DNA of 29,016 nucleotides from a virus (taxonomy: Duplodnaviria > Caudoviricetes), in the IMG/VR virus record IMGVR_UViG_3300033485_000064, positions 1-29,016 of that record; one strand, 5' to 3'. The position numbers and the translations under genes are program-made. Shown here in pieces: positions 15,032 to 23,654 of the stretch. The notes under the pieces are model-generated. The model was not told the DNA's origin and searched no databases. It saw only the letters and a list, made by a program, of their open reading frames with translations. Position 1 is the stretch's first letter. Every line of letters begins with the position of its first letter.

Positions 15032-15694
15032 TTAAACCAAATCAATAAGTGTGATATTATCTACCATGCTTTTTGCTTCGTTAAATTGTAGGCGTGGTAT
15101 TTCCATGTAGCTTGATACTGCAAAACGGTTTTTTAGCTTTGAGTACACTTTGGCAAATAGCTTTTTGTTAGATTCAGCAGGAGCATTGAAGCTGTAAACT
15201 TTTAATGATACTGATTTTTGAAGTGTGCGTTTTTGTGCAGGGGTTATGACAATATCGTTTTTAAGTCCTTCCAAATCATCTTTAATTTCGATTAGTTCAA
15301 TATTAGTTGCTTTTTGAGCATCGAATACAAGTTGTAAAATTTCCATAGGGTTAGTCGGTAGTTTTGGAGCTTCTTTGATTTGTAGTTCCATTTCATTAAA
15401 AGCATCTATTAAATCTAGTTTCCAATTTTCGGCTTTTTCACCAGTGAACCCCATAGCTAAAAACATAAATCCGTCACGGTTCATTTCATACATTAAGCAA
15501 AGTTTATTTTGATCTGAATAGTAAGCTGATTCCGTAAAATTGCGGAGTCCTCTTTCATTGAATGAACGTATTTTTCTAATTACATCATCATGACGTTTTC
15601 CGAATACTTTTGCAATTTCTGTACTTTTTGCAAATACTAGCCCATTAAGGGTAATTAATTTAACCTCAACATTGTTGATTATTACGTTTGACAT
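15032..15694 (-). CDS. rha: Rha-family regulator/antirepressor with an ORF6C-like C-terminal domain (likely start MSNVII at 15694)
   Basis: S..IAKVFGKRHD.V.R.I, YEMNRDGFMFLAMGFTGEKA..WK...I.AFN.ME; C-terminal LK.RF.VSSY..IPR..F.EA. Confidence 0.9.
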   Translation of the reverse strand: MSNVIINNVEVKLITLNGLVFAKSTEIAKVFGKRHDDVIRKIRSFNERGLRNFTESAYYSDQNKLCLMYEMNRDGFMFLAMGFTGEKAENWKLDLIDAFNEMELQIKEAPKLPTNPMEILQLVFDAQKATNIELIEIKDDLEGLKNDIVITPAQKRTLQKSVSLKVYSFNAPAESNKKLFAKVYSKLKNRFAVSSYMEIPRLQFNEAKSMVDNITLIDLV

Positions 15695-15730
15695 TAATAC
15701 CTGAGATATGAATTTAAGAGGGTGAAGGAT

Positions 15731-15803
15731 GTGTCTCAATCATCTATCATCAATCTTACGATTAAACTCTTAACGGTATTTCTACCGTGGATGATTGAGA
15801 CAC
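15731..15803 (-). ncRNA. C4-antisense-like three-stem RNA in the rha leader
   Basis: Perfect 14-bp closing stem (15731-15744/15790-15803) enclosing ACGGUA-GAAA-UACCGU and AAUC-GUAA-GAUU hairpins. Confidence 0.7.
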
Positions 15804-15823
15804 CGTTAAAAGTTTGTGAAAGC

Positions 15824-15851
15824 ATTATAAAACTATATTTCTTAATTGTAT
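15824..15851 (-). promoter_or_regulatory. Promoter of the rha/replication operon: ATACAATTAAGAA-N9-TATAAT
   Basis: Variant of the P1-P3 motif with the same spacing. Confidence 0.7.
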
Positions 15852-15853
15852 AT

Positions 15854-15884
15854 AAAAACGACGCTCTTTTATAAGAGGTTGTCG
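15854..15884 (-). terminator. Intrinsic terminator (sRNA and late/lysis operon)
   Basis: CGAC..CUCUU-AUAA-AAGAG.GUCG followed by UUUUU. Confidence 0.7.
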
Positions 15885-15956
15885 AAGGTATCGCCCTGAG
15901 ATGAAGCAGGACGATTGAGGAGGAGGTGAATAGATGAGTTGTCCTAGATAGGAACA
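15854..15956 (-). ncRNA. Predicted trans-acting sRNA with an anti-SD/anti-AUG seed
   Basis: Promoter immediately upstream; 5' hairpin; unpaired ACUCAUCUAUUCACCUCCUCCUCA; 9-bp hairpin with a G-U pair on this strand; intrinsic terminator. Confidence 0.75.
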
Positions 15957-15960
15957 GGTA

Positions 15961-15988
15961 ATTTTATAGCAACATAGCTTATATTAAG
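15961..15988 (-). promoter_or_regulatory. sRNA promoter: CTTAATATAAGCT-N9-TAAAAT
   Basis: Same TAAGCT-N9-(-10) architecture as P1-P3. Confidence 0.65.
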
Positions 15989-16193
15989 CTTGTAATACTT
16001 CTTTTGCTTGTTTAACGTGGTCTTGGCTTACTTCGTTGGCTTCGCTTTCTGTGATCGCTTCTAAGAGCGTCAGGGCTAGTTTCTTTGGGATACCATTAGG
16101 AGCTTTTTTGAGTGCTTTGATTGATATTGAAGCGATACCTTTTAATAGCGGTACTGCTAGGTATTGAAGGGCTAGTGCTGTAAATGGGTTCAT
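15984..16193 (-). CDS. Small lysis-cassette protein (function unclear)
   Basis: 69-aa ORF with AAGGA RBS and a hydrophobic N-terminus, downstream of the endolysin. Confidence 0.65.
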   Translation of the reverse strand: MNPFTALALQYLAVPLLKGIASISIKALKKAPNGIPKKLALTLLEAITESEANEVSQDHVKQAKEVLQA

Positions 16194-16194
16194 G

Positions 16195-16611
16195 TTATTC
16201 CTTTATTTCATAATGTGGGTAGTCAATAAACTTTTTCCAGTCACCGCCCCACGTGATAGCAATTCCTAATTCATCGGCGCATTGCTTTACAATGACTGCA
16301 AGTTTTTTAAATCGTGAAATATCATTCCAATCAATCGGGTATGGTACAATGTCTACCGCTAAAGAAGGAGAGTGATTATGTTTTGATTTTTTAATCTTAC
16401 CATCCAAATTTGTAACTACTTTTCCGATAATAGTCCATATGCCTTTAACAAGCTTTCGCCCTATTTTATAGAGTTTAAATTGTTCATCCTCGCTTCGCTC
16501 TCCATACAGCACAGTAAAGTCGGTACGAGTGATTGCAAGGTTCATAACCGCTTGAATGTCAGGATGGCACGTTGCTAGAATTGCTTTTGATTTTGCGCTA
16601 AAACTTGGCAT
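16195..16611 (-). CDS. Endolysin, M15 family (L-Ala-D-Glu peptidase-like)
   Basis: HPD, DFTV..G.RS...Q..LY..GR, SKH..S.AVD, WGGDW..F.D.PH.E. Confidence 0.92.
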   Translation of the reverse strand: MPSFSAKSKAILATCHPDIQAVMNLAITRTDFTVLYGERSEDEQFKLYKIGRKLVKGIWTIIGKVVTNLDGKIKKSKHNHSPSLAVDIVPYPIDWNDISRFKKLAVIVKQCADELGIAITWGGDWKKFIDYPHYEIKE

Positions 16612-16763
16612 TAATTATCCTTCATAGTTTTATTAAGCTTACTAATATGCTTTTTTAATTCTTTATTTGCCCCATAATATTTACCACTTTGAAAACCTGC
16701 TGAATACCCTATTGAAAGTAATATGATCGTAATTATTAAAAGCTGTATTCTATTAAGGCTCAT
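16611..16763 (-). CDS. 50-aa N-terminally anchored membrane protein (possible lysis accessory)
   Basis: Manual translation MSLNRIQLLIITIILLSIGYSAGFQSG...; TAATG overlaps at both ends. Confidence 0.65.
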   Translation of the reverse strand: MSLNRIQLLIITIILLSIGYSAGFQSGKYYGANKELKKHISKLNKTMKDN

Positions 16764-16861
16764 TATGCGCCCTTTTTAGCAATAAGAATATGAAAAGGTA
16801 TTGTAATAAAGAGAGCAGGAAAAAAAAATAGAACAGCTATTATATGTAAAACCCATATCAT
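16763..16861 (-). CDS. 32-aa hydrophobic peptide, copy B (MIWVLHIIAVLFFFPALFITIPFHILIAKKGA)
   Basis: Manual translation; AAGGAG RBS; ATGA/TAATG overlaps; paralogue at 14923-15021. Confidence 0.8.
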   Translation of the reverse strand: MIWVLHIIAVLFFFPALFITIPFHILIAKKGA

Positions 16862-17163
16862 TGATTACTCCTTAATACTAAAGTTAAAAGTGCAGCTAAA
16901 ACAGTGAGTACAATTGTATAACCAATTTTAGAACGAGTATTTTCTAGGCTTTCAATGCGCTCATTTTGTCTTTTAACTGAGTTTGATTCGACTTCAATAT
17001 GAGATTTAAACTCTTGTCTTAGAAGTCTTATATCAGTTGAAATTTCATTTTGTCTTTCTATCGCTTGCTCTATCTTGCCAAGTGTTGCATTCATTTGATG
17101 AAGCTCTTGCTGTAAAAGTCCTTGATTACTTTCAAGTCTTGTTACCCTTGGTTCGATTTCCAT
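16858..17163 (-). CDS. Coiled-coil protein with a C-terminal TM helix (XhlA/holin-like)
   Basis: RVTRLE coiled coil and a C-terminal hydrophobic helix; upstream of the endolysin. Confidence 0.65.
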   Translation of the reverse strand: MEIEPRVTRLESNQGLLQQELHQMNATLGKIEQAIERQNEISTDIRLLRQEFKSHIEVESNSVKRQNERIESLENTRSKIGYTIVLTVLAALLTLVLRSNQ

Positions 17164-17197
17164 TAATAGCCTTATTTTTAATATTTTATATTATACA

Positions 17198-17263
17198 TTA
17201 ATCTACACTAAATGCAATAAATAGCCAAAACACAATAGCAAAAGCTATAACTGCCCCTATCAT
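17198..17263 (-). CDS. 21-aa hydrophobic peptide (MIGAVIAFAIVFWLFIAFSVD)
   Basis: Manual translation; ATGA overlap with the DUF1353 stop. Confidence 0.45.
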   Translation of the reverse strand: MIGAVIAFAIVFWLFIAFSVD

Positions 17264-17664
17264 GTTGGCTCAATCATAACGAGATCACGATAGCCTGAAA
17301 CGTCAATTCTAGCGAGGTATGATGATTCCCCAGCCGCACGAACAGCGTAGTACATCGACCGAGCGTGTATCTTAGGCATGTCACAGCTTAACAGAGCCTC
17401 ATAGAATATATAATCACACATTCGTCTATCGAATAGCTGTGTGCGATATAAAGCGTCATGGATGAAACCAGCTTTTGTATCAATGCCCCCAAACGGACAT
17501 CCTAATAATCCCCAAGACGCAGCGGGTTTAGATAACCCATCGCACACAAACTCTTTAAAAAGAGTGATTGTATATTTTGAGTTCTGGTACACCAATGGGG
17601 AAGTGAGTTTAAAGGATTGGTCGCCTACAAGCTCAACTTTTAATGGTGTAAGGAATTTTGGCAT
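17260..17664 (-). CDS. DUF1353 family protein
   Basis: F.L..PLVY, F.CDGLS.P, A..IHDALY, D.IF.EAL, MY.AVR..G. Confidence 0.85.
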   Translation of the reverse strand: MPKFLTPLKVELVGDQSFKLTSPLVYQNSKYTITLFKEFVCDGLSKPAASWGLLGCPFGGIDTKAGFIHDALYRTQLFDRRMCDYIFYEALLSCDMPKIHARSMYYAVRAAGESSYLARIDVSGYRDLVMIEPT

Positions 17665-18155
17665 CAGAACACTACTGCGTTTATAGCTGTAATAGTAGTT
17701 GCATCATTAACAGCATTTTTCTTGAGGCGCAGATTCAATTCACCTTCAAATACTTTAGAAGCTACAGCCAACTTAATAGTATTAGCTTGATCTAACGTAT
17801 AGTCAGAAAACACATTTGAACTATCCCATATAGTGAATACAGTGCCACCGCTCTCAGATACTAATTGGATATAGTCTCTGATTGCTTGAGCTGATTCGAT
17901 GCCGCCATTGTAGGTTTTAGTTCCTACTGTGACTGGTAGTTTTGAAGCTACTTGGAAAACTGTTTCTAGCTCTTGTGTTTTGGCTAATTTAGCATTTACT
18001 AGTAGTTCTGCATCTGTGAACTCAGGTTCAGGAATATTGCCTTCTAATAGCCATTGTTTGTATTCTTCTGCTTCAATAGAGTATGAAACAGTTGCACCAT
18101 CTTCTCTAGTTCCATATACTGATTGTCCGTTGTTAGTTAATTTAAAAGCAATCAT
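17664..18155 (-). CDS. Tail fibre-associated/assembly protein (DUF4376-like)
   Basis: Directly follows the tail fibre; EYKQWL..GN.PEP motif; ends ATT...INAV.F. Confidence 0.65.
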   Translation of the reverse strand: MIAFKLTNNGQSVYGTREDGATVSYSIEAEEYKQWLLEGNIPEPEFTDAELLVNAKLAKTQELETVFQVASKLPVTVGTKTYNGGIESAQAIRDYIQLVSESGGTVFTIWDSSNVFSDYTLDQANTIKLAVASKVFEGELNLRLKKNAVNDATTITAINAVVF

Positions 18156-19585
18156 AGTTCACATCCTGTAAATAGAATTAATGTATTTGAGTTACATGTT
18201 AATTCTGCACCTTGACCAGCAGTAAGCGTCGGAGAACCCGGAGTAGTTGTAAAATTACAAACAAGTGTACTTACTCCTCCATCTTTTATTACTGCTGCTG
18301 TTGGTACACCTAATATACCACTTCCATTTATTATACTAATGTTTGATAAGTTATTTATACTTATACCAGTCGGAGAAACTCTAGCTTTTGTATTGAAAGG
18401 AAATGCTATGTATGAATATATTGTGTTTACTGAATAACCCATAAAACCATGTATTCCAGCAAAGCTTGGTAAATACCTCTGACAAGCCTGAACCTCTCCG
18501 CCAAATTCGCCATCATAAGGATGCCAACCGTTAGTAACTACGCTTCCATCTTCAAGTTTTACGAGTGATACTGTACCGCTCGCAAGAGTAATCTTGATAT
18601 ATTTTCCAGCCGCAGGGGTGAATGTACCGTTTACGACAGTTACAGTGGTATATGTAACGTTATCCGTGGACTCTGTAACTGTGAGGGTTGCAGTCCCCAT
18701 ATTGGATAATGTTATCGTACCCCCGTTGTTAGAGGTGTTCTCTACCTTTTGAACTATACCACTTGCGGGAGCTATTACCGTTACAATTCCATTTGTGGTG
18801 GTAAATGTTGCACTTTCCCCAGTTGTAGGGATGTACCATCGGTCAAAAATATATTGATTCGCTACTACTGTTGCAGTACCACTCACATAAGCACGTTCGT
18901 TGATTTTAAAGTTGCCATTAATTAAATAATTTCTACGTTGAGGAAGTGATGATTTTAAATTAGCCCATGTTAGCTTTTTAATAACGAATGAACTTGCACT
19001 ATCGGTAATGACAATTTCATCAGCATCAATTGGGATAGTTTTAGAAGTAGCGGAATGAATCAATGAAGCCATATTAGAATATGAAATTAATCTCCAGTAT
19101 CCAAGCGCCCCATCTTCACATTCAAATTCTGCTACATCACCCGCAATAGTTGTTATGTTCGTTCCATTTGGCAATATCAGAGAGGTTGCGTTATGTGTGA
19201 TGGTTAATGCGCTATCGAAAACTAAAGCTCTGCGAGTTCCGGTTGTAGAAACTCCAAAAGAAGTTATTGCAACTGTTCCCGTAATGTGAGCAATATTCCC
19301 ACTTGCAAAAGTCCCTATTGTTGTCGTGGTTGCAGATGCTATATTTGCACCCATTACTGACTCAATAGGGATAATATCCCATGCGGTATCTGCTTTATTT
19401 CTAAGCTTTAATTGATTTGGAGTAGTTGAAGTATCAAGCCATAATGTGCCTGATACATAACTTGTAGGAGCTATTGCTCCACTATTTGATGACTTAATAG
19501 CAGATAATACAGTATTTAGGTCTTGTCTAAATTGCAATCCACTAATAGCATCTGAGCTATTTATATCGTAATCATGTTGAGCCAT
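18152..19585 (-). CDS. Tail fibre / receptor-binding protein
   Basis: MAQHDY.I N-terminal anchor, T/S-rich beta repeats, RNYLINGNF...DRW and CQRY motifs typical of side fibres. Confidence 0.8.
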   Translation of the reverse strand: MAQHDYDINSSDAISGLQFRQDLNTVLSAIKSSNSGAIAPTSYVSGTLWLDTSTTPNQLKLRNKADTAWDIIPIESVMGANIASATTTTIGTFASGNIAHITGTVAITSFGVSTTGTRRALVFDSALTITHNATSLILPNGTNITTIAGDVAEFECEDGALGYWRLISYSNMASLIHSATSKTIPIDADEIVITDSASSFVIKKLTWANLKSSLPQRRNYLINGNFKINERAYVSGTATVVANQYIFDRWYIPTTGESATFTTTNGIVTVIAPASGIVQKVENTSNNGGTITLSNMGTATLTVTESTDNVTYTTVTVVNGTFTPAAGKYIKITLASGTVSLVKLEDGSVVTNGWHPYDGEFGGEVQACQRYLPSFAGIHGFMGYSVNTIYSYIAFPFNTKARVSPTGISINNLSNISIINGSGILGVPTAAVIKDGGVSTLVCNFTTTPGSPTLTAGQGAELTCNSNTLILFTGCEL

Positions 19586-19619
19586 TGTTTACCCCTTATT
19601 AATATAGTATTTTATCATA

Positions 19620-22600
19620 TTAGTAACCCTTGGCTAACCAGTTAATCGTCCTTGACACATTTGAGCCACCATTTCTAACAACAATATCAAATCCAGTAGC
19701 TGTTTCGTTGGTTAATTTTACATCATCACCATCTTGGGCATTGACGATTGTTATCTGAACATTAGGCGCAACTTGGAAAGCGATAGGGTATGTAATTGTA
19801 GTTCCTGTTATTGAAACTGATATTCCATTATCACTTTGTAATTTATCTTGCATATCTACATAAAAAATAGCCTTAGACAAAATACAAGTCGTGTATTGGT
19901 CATAAGAATAAAATAGTCCTCTAAATTTAAACTTTCTTCCAACGTAATCGCCCACATTAAAGTTTTCCCATGCTCCAAATATTCCATCATTTTGTGCAAT
20001 AGATATCTGAGGAACAAGCCCGAAAGCTGAACTATATCCATCTACATTTACCCAGCTATTAAAATCCAATATTCCATCCAGTCTATTCGTAACAACTAAG
20101 CCTTCTGCTTTATAGTCCATCCATATTCTGCAAATTTGAGCTGTCCCAACGTCCACTATATGAGCGGATGGTATTTCATAAGACCCTGACGGTTGGATTC
20201 CTCCTGCATAATCAAAAATAGGAATATCATCTATAATTGGCATATCGTTAATATTGAGGGATAATAGTTCTAAATTTCCATCACCATTTACATATACGTT
20301 ACTTTTAGTTCCAATCCATCCAGTTGATTTTTCATCAAAAGTAGCGACTATATTTTTTGGAAGGATAGCATTCGTAATTGTTAATTGAGCTTCTAATGGA
20401 CTATATAGTTCTGTTCCATCAGGATATGAATGATGTACCTTAATCATATATGTTCCATTAGCTGAAACAACATACTCTGCAAGTGGTGTTCTTCCTATAA
20501 TGTACCCATTTTCCCAAATAGTACCCATTCTTATTTCATAATCAATAGGAGTTCTTAAATCAGTAACAACATCCCATATCATCTTTGTTATTTCATTTAC
20601 ATAGAAAGATTTTAGATTAGCTACATTGTCAAGTGGTGATACTGAAATAATTACACTTTGAGCCGTTGATCTATTCCCAGTGCTATCAACCGCCATAACC
20701 GCAAATGTTTTAGTTTTTGTATCCCTATAAAATACGCTGTATTTATTGTCTATAGTCTTACCTATTACTGCGCCATCTTTTAGTATTTCAAAATAAGCAA
20801 AGTCAAGCGGTTTAAATGCGTATGCCCATGATAAGCTATAAGTTCCATTTGATTCGCTACCTATTAGAGCTGTTATTGGCTCAGGAGGTACTGATTTACC
20901 TTGAATGGTGTATCTAACAGATGCTTCGTCCACGTAGAAAATATATTCAACGCCATCTTCAAGCCCATATATATCAATATTATTGCTTCTTGTTTGCCCT
21001 AAGCTTACAAGCGATGCGCCCGATACGTTTTTAATGTATGAAATATTATAAAATAATGATGAACCACGCCATGCTAATAAAACAACCGTTTCTACTGTTC
21101 CATCTTTGCTTTGATTGAGATAATCTGAAATACTTATCCCAGTTGTGCGAAGATCGCTTATTTGGGTGGGTGCTGATATTAAAATAGTATCAGTGTAAAT
21201 ACTTTCATTATATTCAATGGCTGATATTTTACGCTTTAATTCACCCGATGTTGATATATTTAAAATTCTCATCTTTTTAGCGTGTCTTTCAACTTCACCA
21301 AAAGAATAATTTGAATAATCGCCAACTGATTCAGATAATGAAATTTCTAATGTTAATGTATTATTGACTATTGATATTACTTTATGATATAGCTGTGTAT
21401 CTGTATTAGAATTTGATATTTGGATATAGAATGTTTTACCAACCTCTAAAACTAAATCGCTTCTATCGACAATTACAGTTGTGCCACTTGCTGAAACTAT
21501 ACGTCCACTATATCCCCATTGTGGTACATCATGCGCCACGTTTACAATATCACCTACTCTACAATGGATTGAGTCTATTGAAGCCTCCCAAGTAGCTGTA
21601 ATCGTTAAATACCTATTTTGGTTTAGATGATACTTTGCTTGATTTATGGCTTGTGTTCTATCAGTACATCCGATAAGGTCTATGGTTGCCTTAGATACAT
21701 TTGTAACAAGATCATAATTCCCTTGACTCACCTCAACAGAGATACGATTATAATCTTCCGTAGAGTCATAATAAGTCACCTCGACAATATTAGCTCTTTC
21801 TTTTAATGGCAAAAATGATTCAGTAAATGAGTTTTGAATAATATTACCCATTGAGAATAAAAACCCTTGAACTGCCATAATATTAGGTTTATCTACTAGA
21901 GCGGTAAATGTTGAGCCATACTGAATTACAGAACCACGACCTAACTGCCCGATAGTTTTAAACGCTTGACTTAAATTCGTTATTTGATCGAGATAAATGT
22001 TTACTTTAAAATTTTGAGCAGAACAATATGAAGCCCAATCGCTAAATGATGTAAAGTCAATGCGTAATAAAGGTATCCCTGCACCATATCTTTCATTCAT
22101 AAGTAAATCAAGGCAAGCCCATGCAGGGTTGTCGAGTGAGCCATAAGTTCCAGTTGTGCGAGTTGCAATACACGTTACTCTTGGAAGCCCACCGCTTAAC
22201 TGATCTGTTGCTAATGCCTTAATGCTTAATAATGCAGTATTTGGATAAATAAAATCATCACTTATTGCTTCTTGTAAGAACTCAAAAAACACAGTTGAAC
22301 CATATCTTGTTCCACTTGAAGGTAAAGAATGAAATTTTATTCTAACTTCATATTGTGCAGGGGTTAAGTTTGTTAAAAAGTAGGTTTTTCTTACTGGTGA
22401 ATTTGTAGCTCCTGAAATTGAGAAATATGAATAATTAGCCTCATAAGAATAATACGCCCAACAATACTGCCCATTAAAGTTAGTTTTTGCCCAATCGCTT
22501 CTAGTTGGAAGAGTAGGAACTTCACCGATATAAACTAGATTATCATCAGAAGTATCTTTAGTATCATAGTTTATTCTTTTATAAACATCATACGGGCCAG

Positions 22601-23654
22601 TTCCATCCGCTATTATTGATGATAAAAATGTAGTTGGTGTTTTATCCACATACAAATACTGCACATTAATAAGATTAGATGAAGATATAACTGGACTCCA
22701 TGCCCCTCCAACTACTCTATACTCAATATCTATATTAACTGTGTATCCATCTAATCCACCTGCATCATTAGCATAATATAATCCTTGTGGGCATATTACC
22801 CCAATACATAGCTCAGTTACTGAATCACCGCTTGTAGTGGCTTCTACCCATGTTGAGGTATCTACTACTTTTTTATTGACAGAAACATCGCTCCATGTTT
22901 CTCCCCAAAGAGGTAATAAGTCTTGGTTATTTGTTCCCATACGTGTTTCAATAGATACATTTGAGTAATTTGAAGCTGGGTCACCATTTAATCTAATATC
23001 ATTTATTGAGTCAAAAGTACCATCTCCAAGTGCAAGTAAAATAGATAGATACTGTTTATCATTATTTACAGTAACATATTTTCCAATATATTGAGGAGTA
23101 ATTTTCATTGTTCCGTATAAAATAGGGATTGGATAACCTTGGGCTGTATTATTCCCAATTACATCCCAGCCATAAGTAGGGGATGATTCTTGATTCTGCA
23201 TACCAACTGATGAACCAATATCTGGTATTTTAGGCTTAAACACAGAGCTTACAATCATAGCACCTACTATTGTAAATCCTATTTGAGCTACTAATGCCCC
23301 CCCAATTATCATAGCTGAACTCGCACCCATTGAGCCTAACATTAGTCCTGCATAAGTTCCAACACCTGGTGCGGCTATGCTTAGAGCCACCATTGCAACT
23401 ATTGCTAATGCTTGTTTTCCTCCACCGCCTCCTCCGCCTTTAGGAACTACAGCAAAGTAAACAATATCATCTTTTTCTATTACAAAGTCACAATCAATAA
23501 TTTCATTATTTTTAGATATTACAATGTCATAACAATCAATATCGTAATTAATATTAGCTAAAAGGCTATATGCGGATGTTCCATATTCTACTGGAACGTA
23601 GCTTATATCGGTAGTATCGAATGGATTATTGTATTGTATTACCTCTGTCGCCAT
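19620..23654 (-). CDS. Tail tip / host-specificity protein (lambda J-like, with an I-like N-terminus)
   Basis: 1344 aa; VP.GGGGGGK, G.PIPILYG, DNPAW..LDLL.N.RYGAG, FnIII-like repeats. Confidence 0.9.
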   Translation of the reverse strand: MATEVIQYNNPFDTTDISYVPVEYGTSAYSLLANINYDIDCYDIVISKNNEIIDCDFVIEKDDIVYFAVVPKGGGGGGGKQALAIVAMVALSIAAPGVGTYAGLMLGSMGASSAMIIGGALVAQIGFTIVGAMIVSSVFKPKIPDIGSSVGMQNQESSPTYGWDVIGNNTAQGYPIPILYGTMKITPQYIGKYVTVNNDKQYLSILLALGDGTFDSINDIRLNGDPASNYSNVSIETRMGTNNQDLLPLWGETWSDVSVNKKVVDTSTWVEATTSGDSVTELCIGVICPQGLYYANDAGGLDGYTVNIDIEYRVVGGAWSPVISSSNLINVQYLYVDKTPTTFLSSIIADGTGPYDVYKRINYDTKDTSDDNLVYIGEVPTLPTRSDWAKTNFNGQYCWAYYSYEANYSYFSISGATNSPVRKTYFLTNLTPAQYEVRIKFHSLPSSGTRYGSTVFFEFLQEAISDDFIYPNTALLSIKALATDQLSGGLPRVTCIATRTTGTYGSLDNPAWACLDLLMNERYGAGIPLLRIDFTSFSDWASYCSAQNFKVNIYLDQITNLSQAFKTIGQLGRGSVIQYGSTFTALVDKPNIMAVQGFLFSMGNIIQNSFTESFLPLKERANIVEVTYYDSTEDYNRISVEVSQGNYDLVTNVSKATIDLIGCTDRTQAINQAKYHLNQNRYLTITATWEASIDSIHCRVGDIVNVAHDVPQWGYSGRIVSASGTTVIVDRSDLVLEVGKTFYIQISNSNTDTQLYHKVISIVNNTLTLEISLSESVGDYSNYSFGEVERHAKKMRILNISTSGELKRKISAIEYNESIYTDTILISAPTQISDLRTTGISISDYLNQSKDGTVETVVLLAWRGSSLFYNISYIKNVSGASLVSLGQTRSNNIDIYGLEDGVEYIFYVDEASVRYTIQGKSVPPEPITALIGSESNGTYSLSWAYAFKPLDFAYFEILKDGAVIGKTIDNKYSVFYRDTKTKTFAVMAVDSTGNRSTAQSVIISVSPLDNVANLKSFYVNEITKMIWDVVTDLRTPIDYEIRMGTIWENGYIIGRTPLAEYVVSANGTYMIKVHHSYPDGTELYSPLEAQLTITNAILPKNIVATFDEKSTGWIGTKSNVYVNGDGNLELLSLNINDMPIIDDIPIFDYAGGIQPSGSYEIPSAHIVDVGTAQICRIWMDYKAEGLVVTNRLDGILDFNSWVNVDGYSSAFGLVPQISIAQNDGIFGAWENFNVGDYVGRKFKFRGLFYSYDQYTTCILSKAIFYVDMQDKLQSDNGISVSITGTTITYPIAFQVAPNVQITIVNAQDGDDVKLTNETATGFDIVVRNGGSNVSRTINWLAKGY

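Noticed and set aside
15695-15739. Longer Rha N-terminus starting at 15739, as in the ORF track
   Set aside because: That start is a TTG buried in the 14-bp RNA stem with no RBS; ATG 15694 is more plausible.
15916-15951. + strand mini-ORF MSCPR with a very strong SD (GGAGGAGGTGA)
   Set aside because: Only 5 codons. The promoter, the G-U pairing in the hairpin and the U-tailed terminator all favour a minus-strand sRNA. Not fully excluded without stranded RNA data.
16820-16828. T9 homopolymer in peptide copy B as a phase-variation tract
   Set aside because: It encodes FFF in an AT-rich genome; there is no evidence of length variation from a single sequence.
6623-19585. Diversity-generating retroelement (YopX repeats or tail fibre as TR/VR)
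   Set aside because: No reverse transcriptase in the window, the YopX differences are not adenine-specific, and I saw no repeat of the tail fibre 3' end.
19856-20041. 61-aa minus-strand ORF nested in the J-like gene
   Set aside because: Alternative-frame ORF inside a long conserved gene, with no RBS or motif support.
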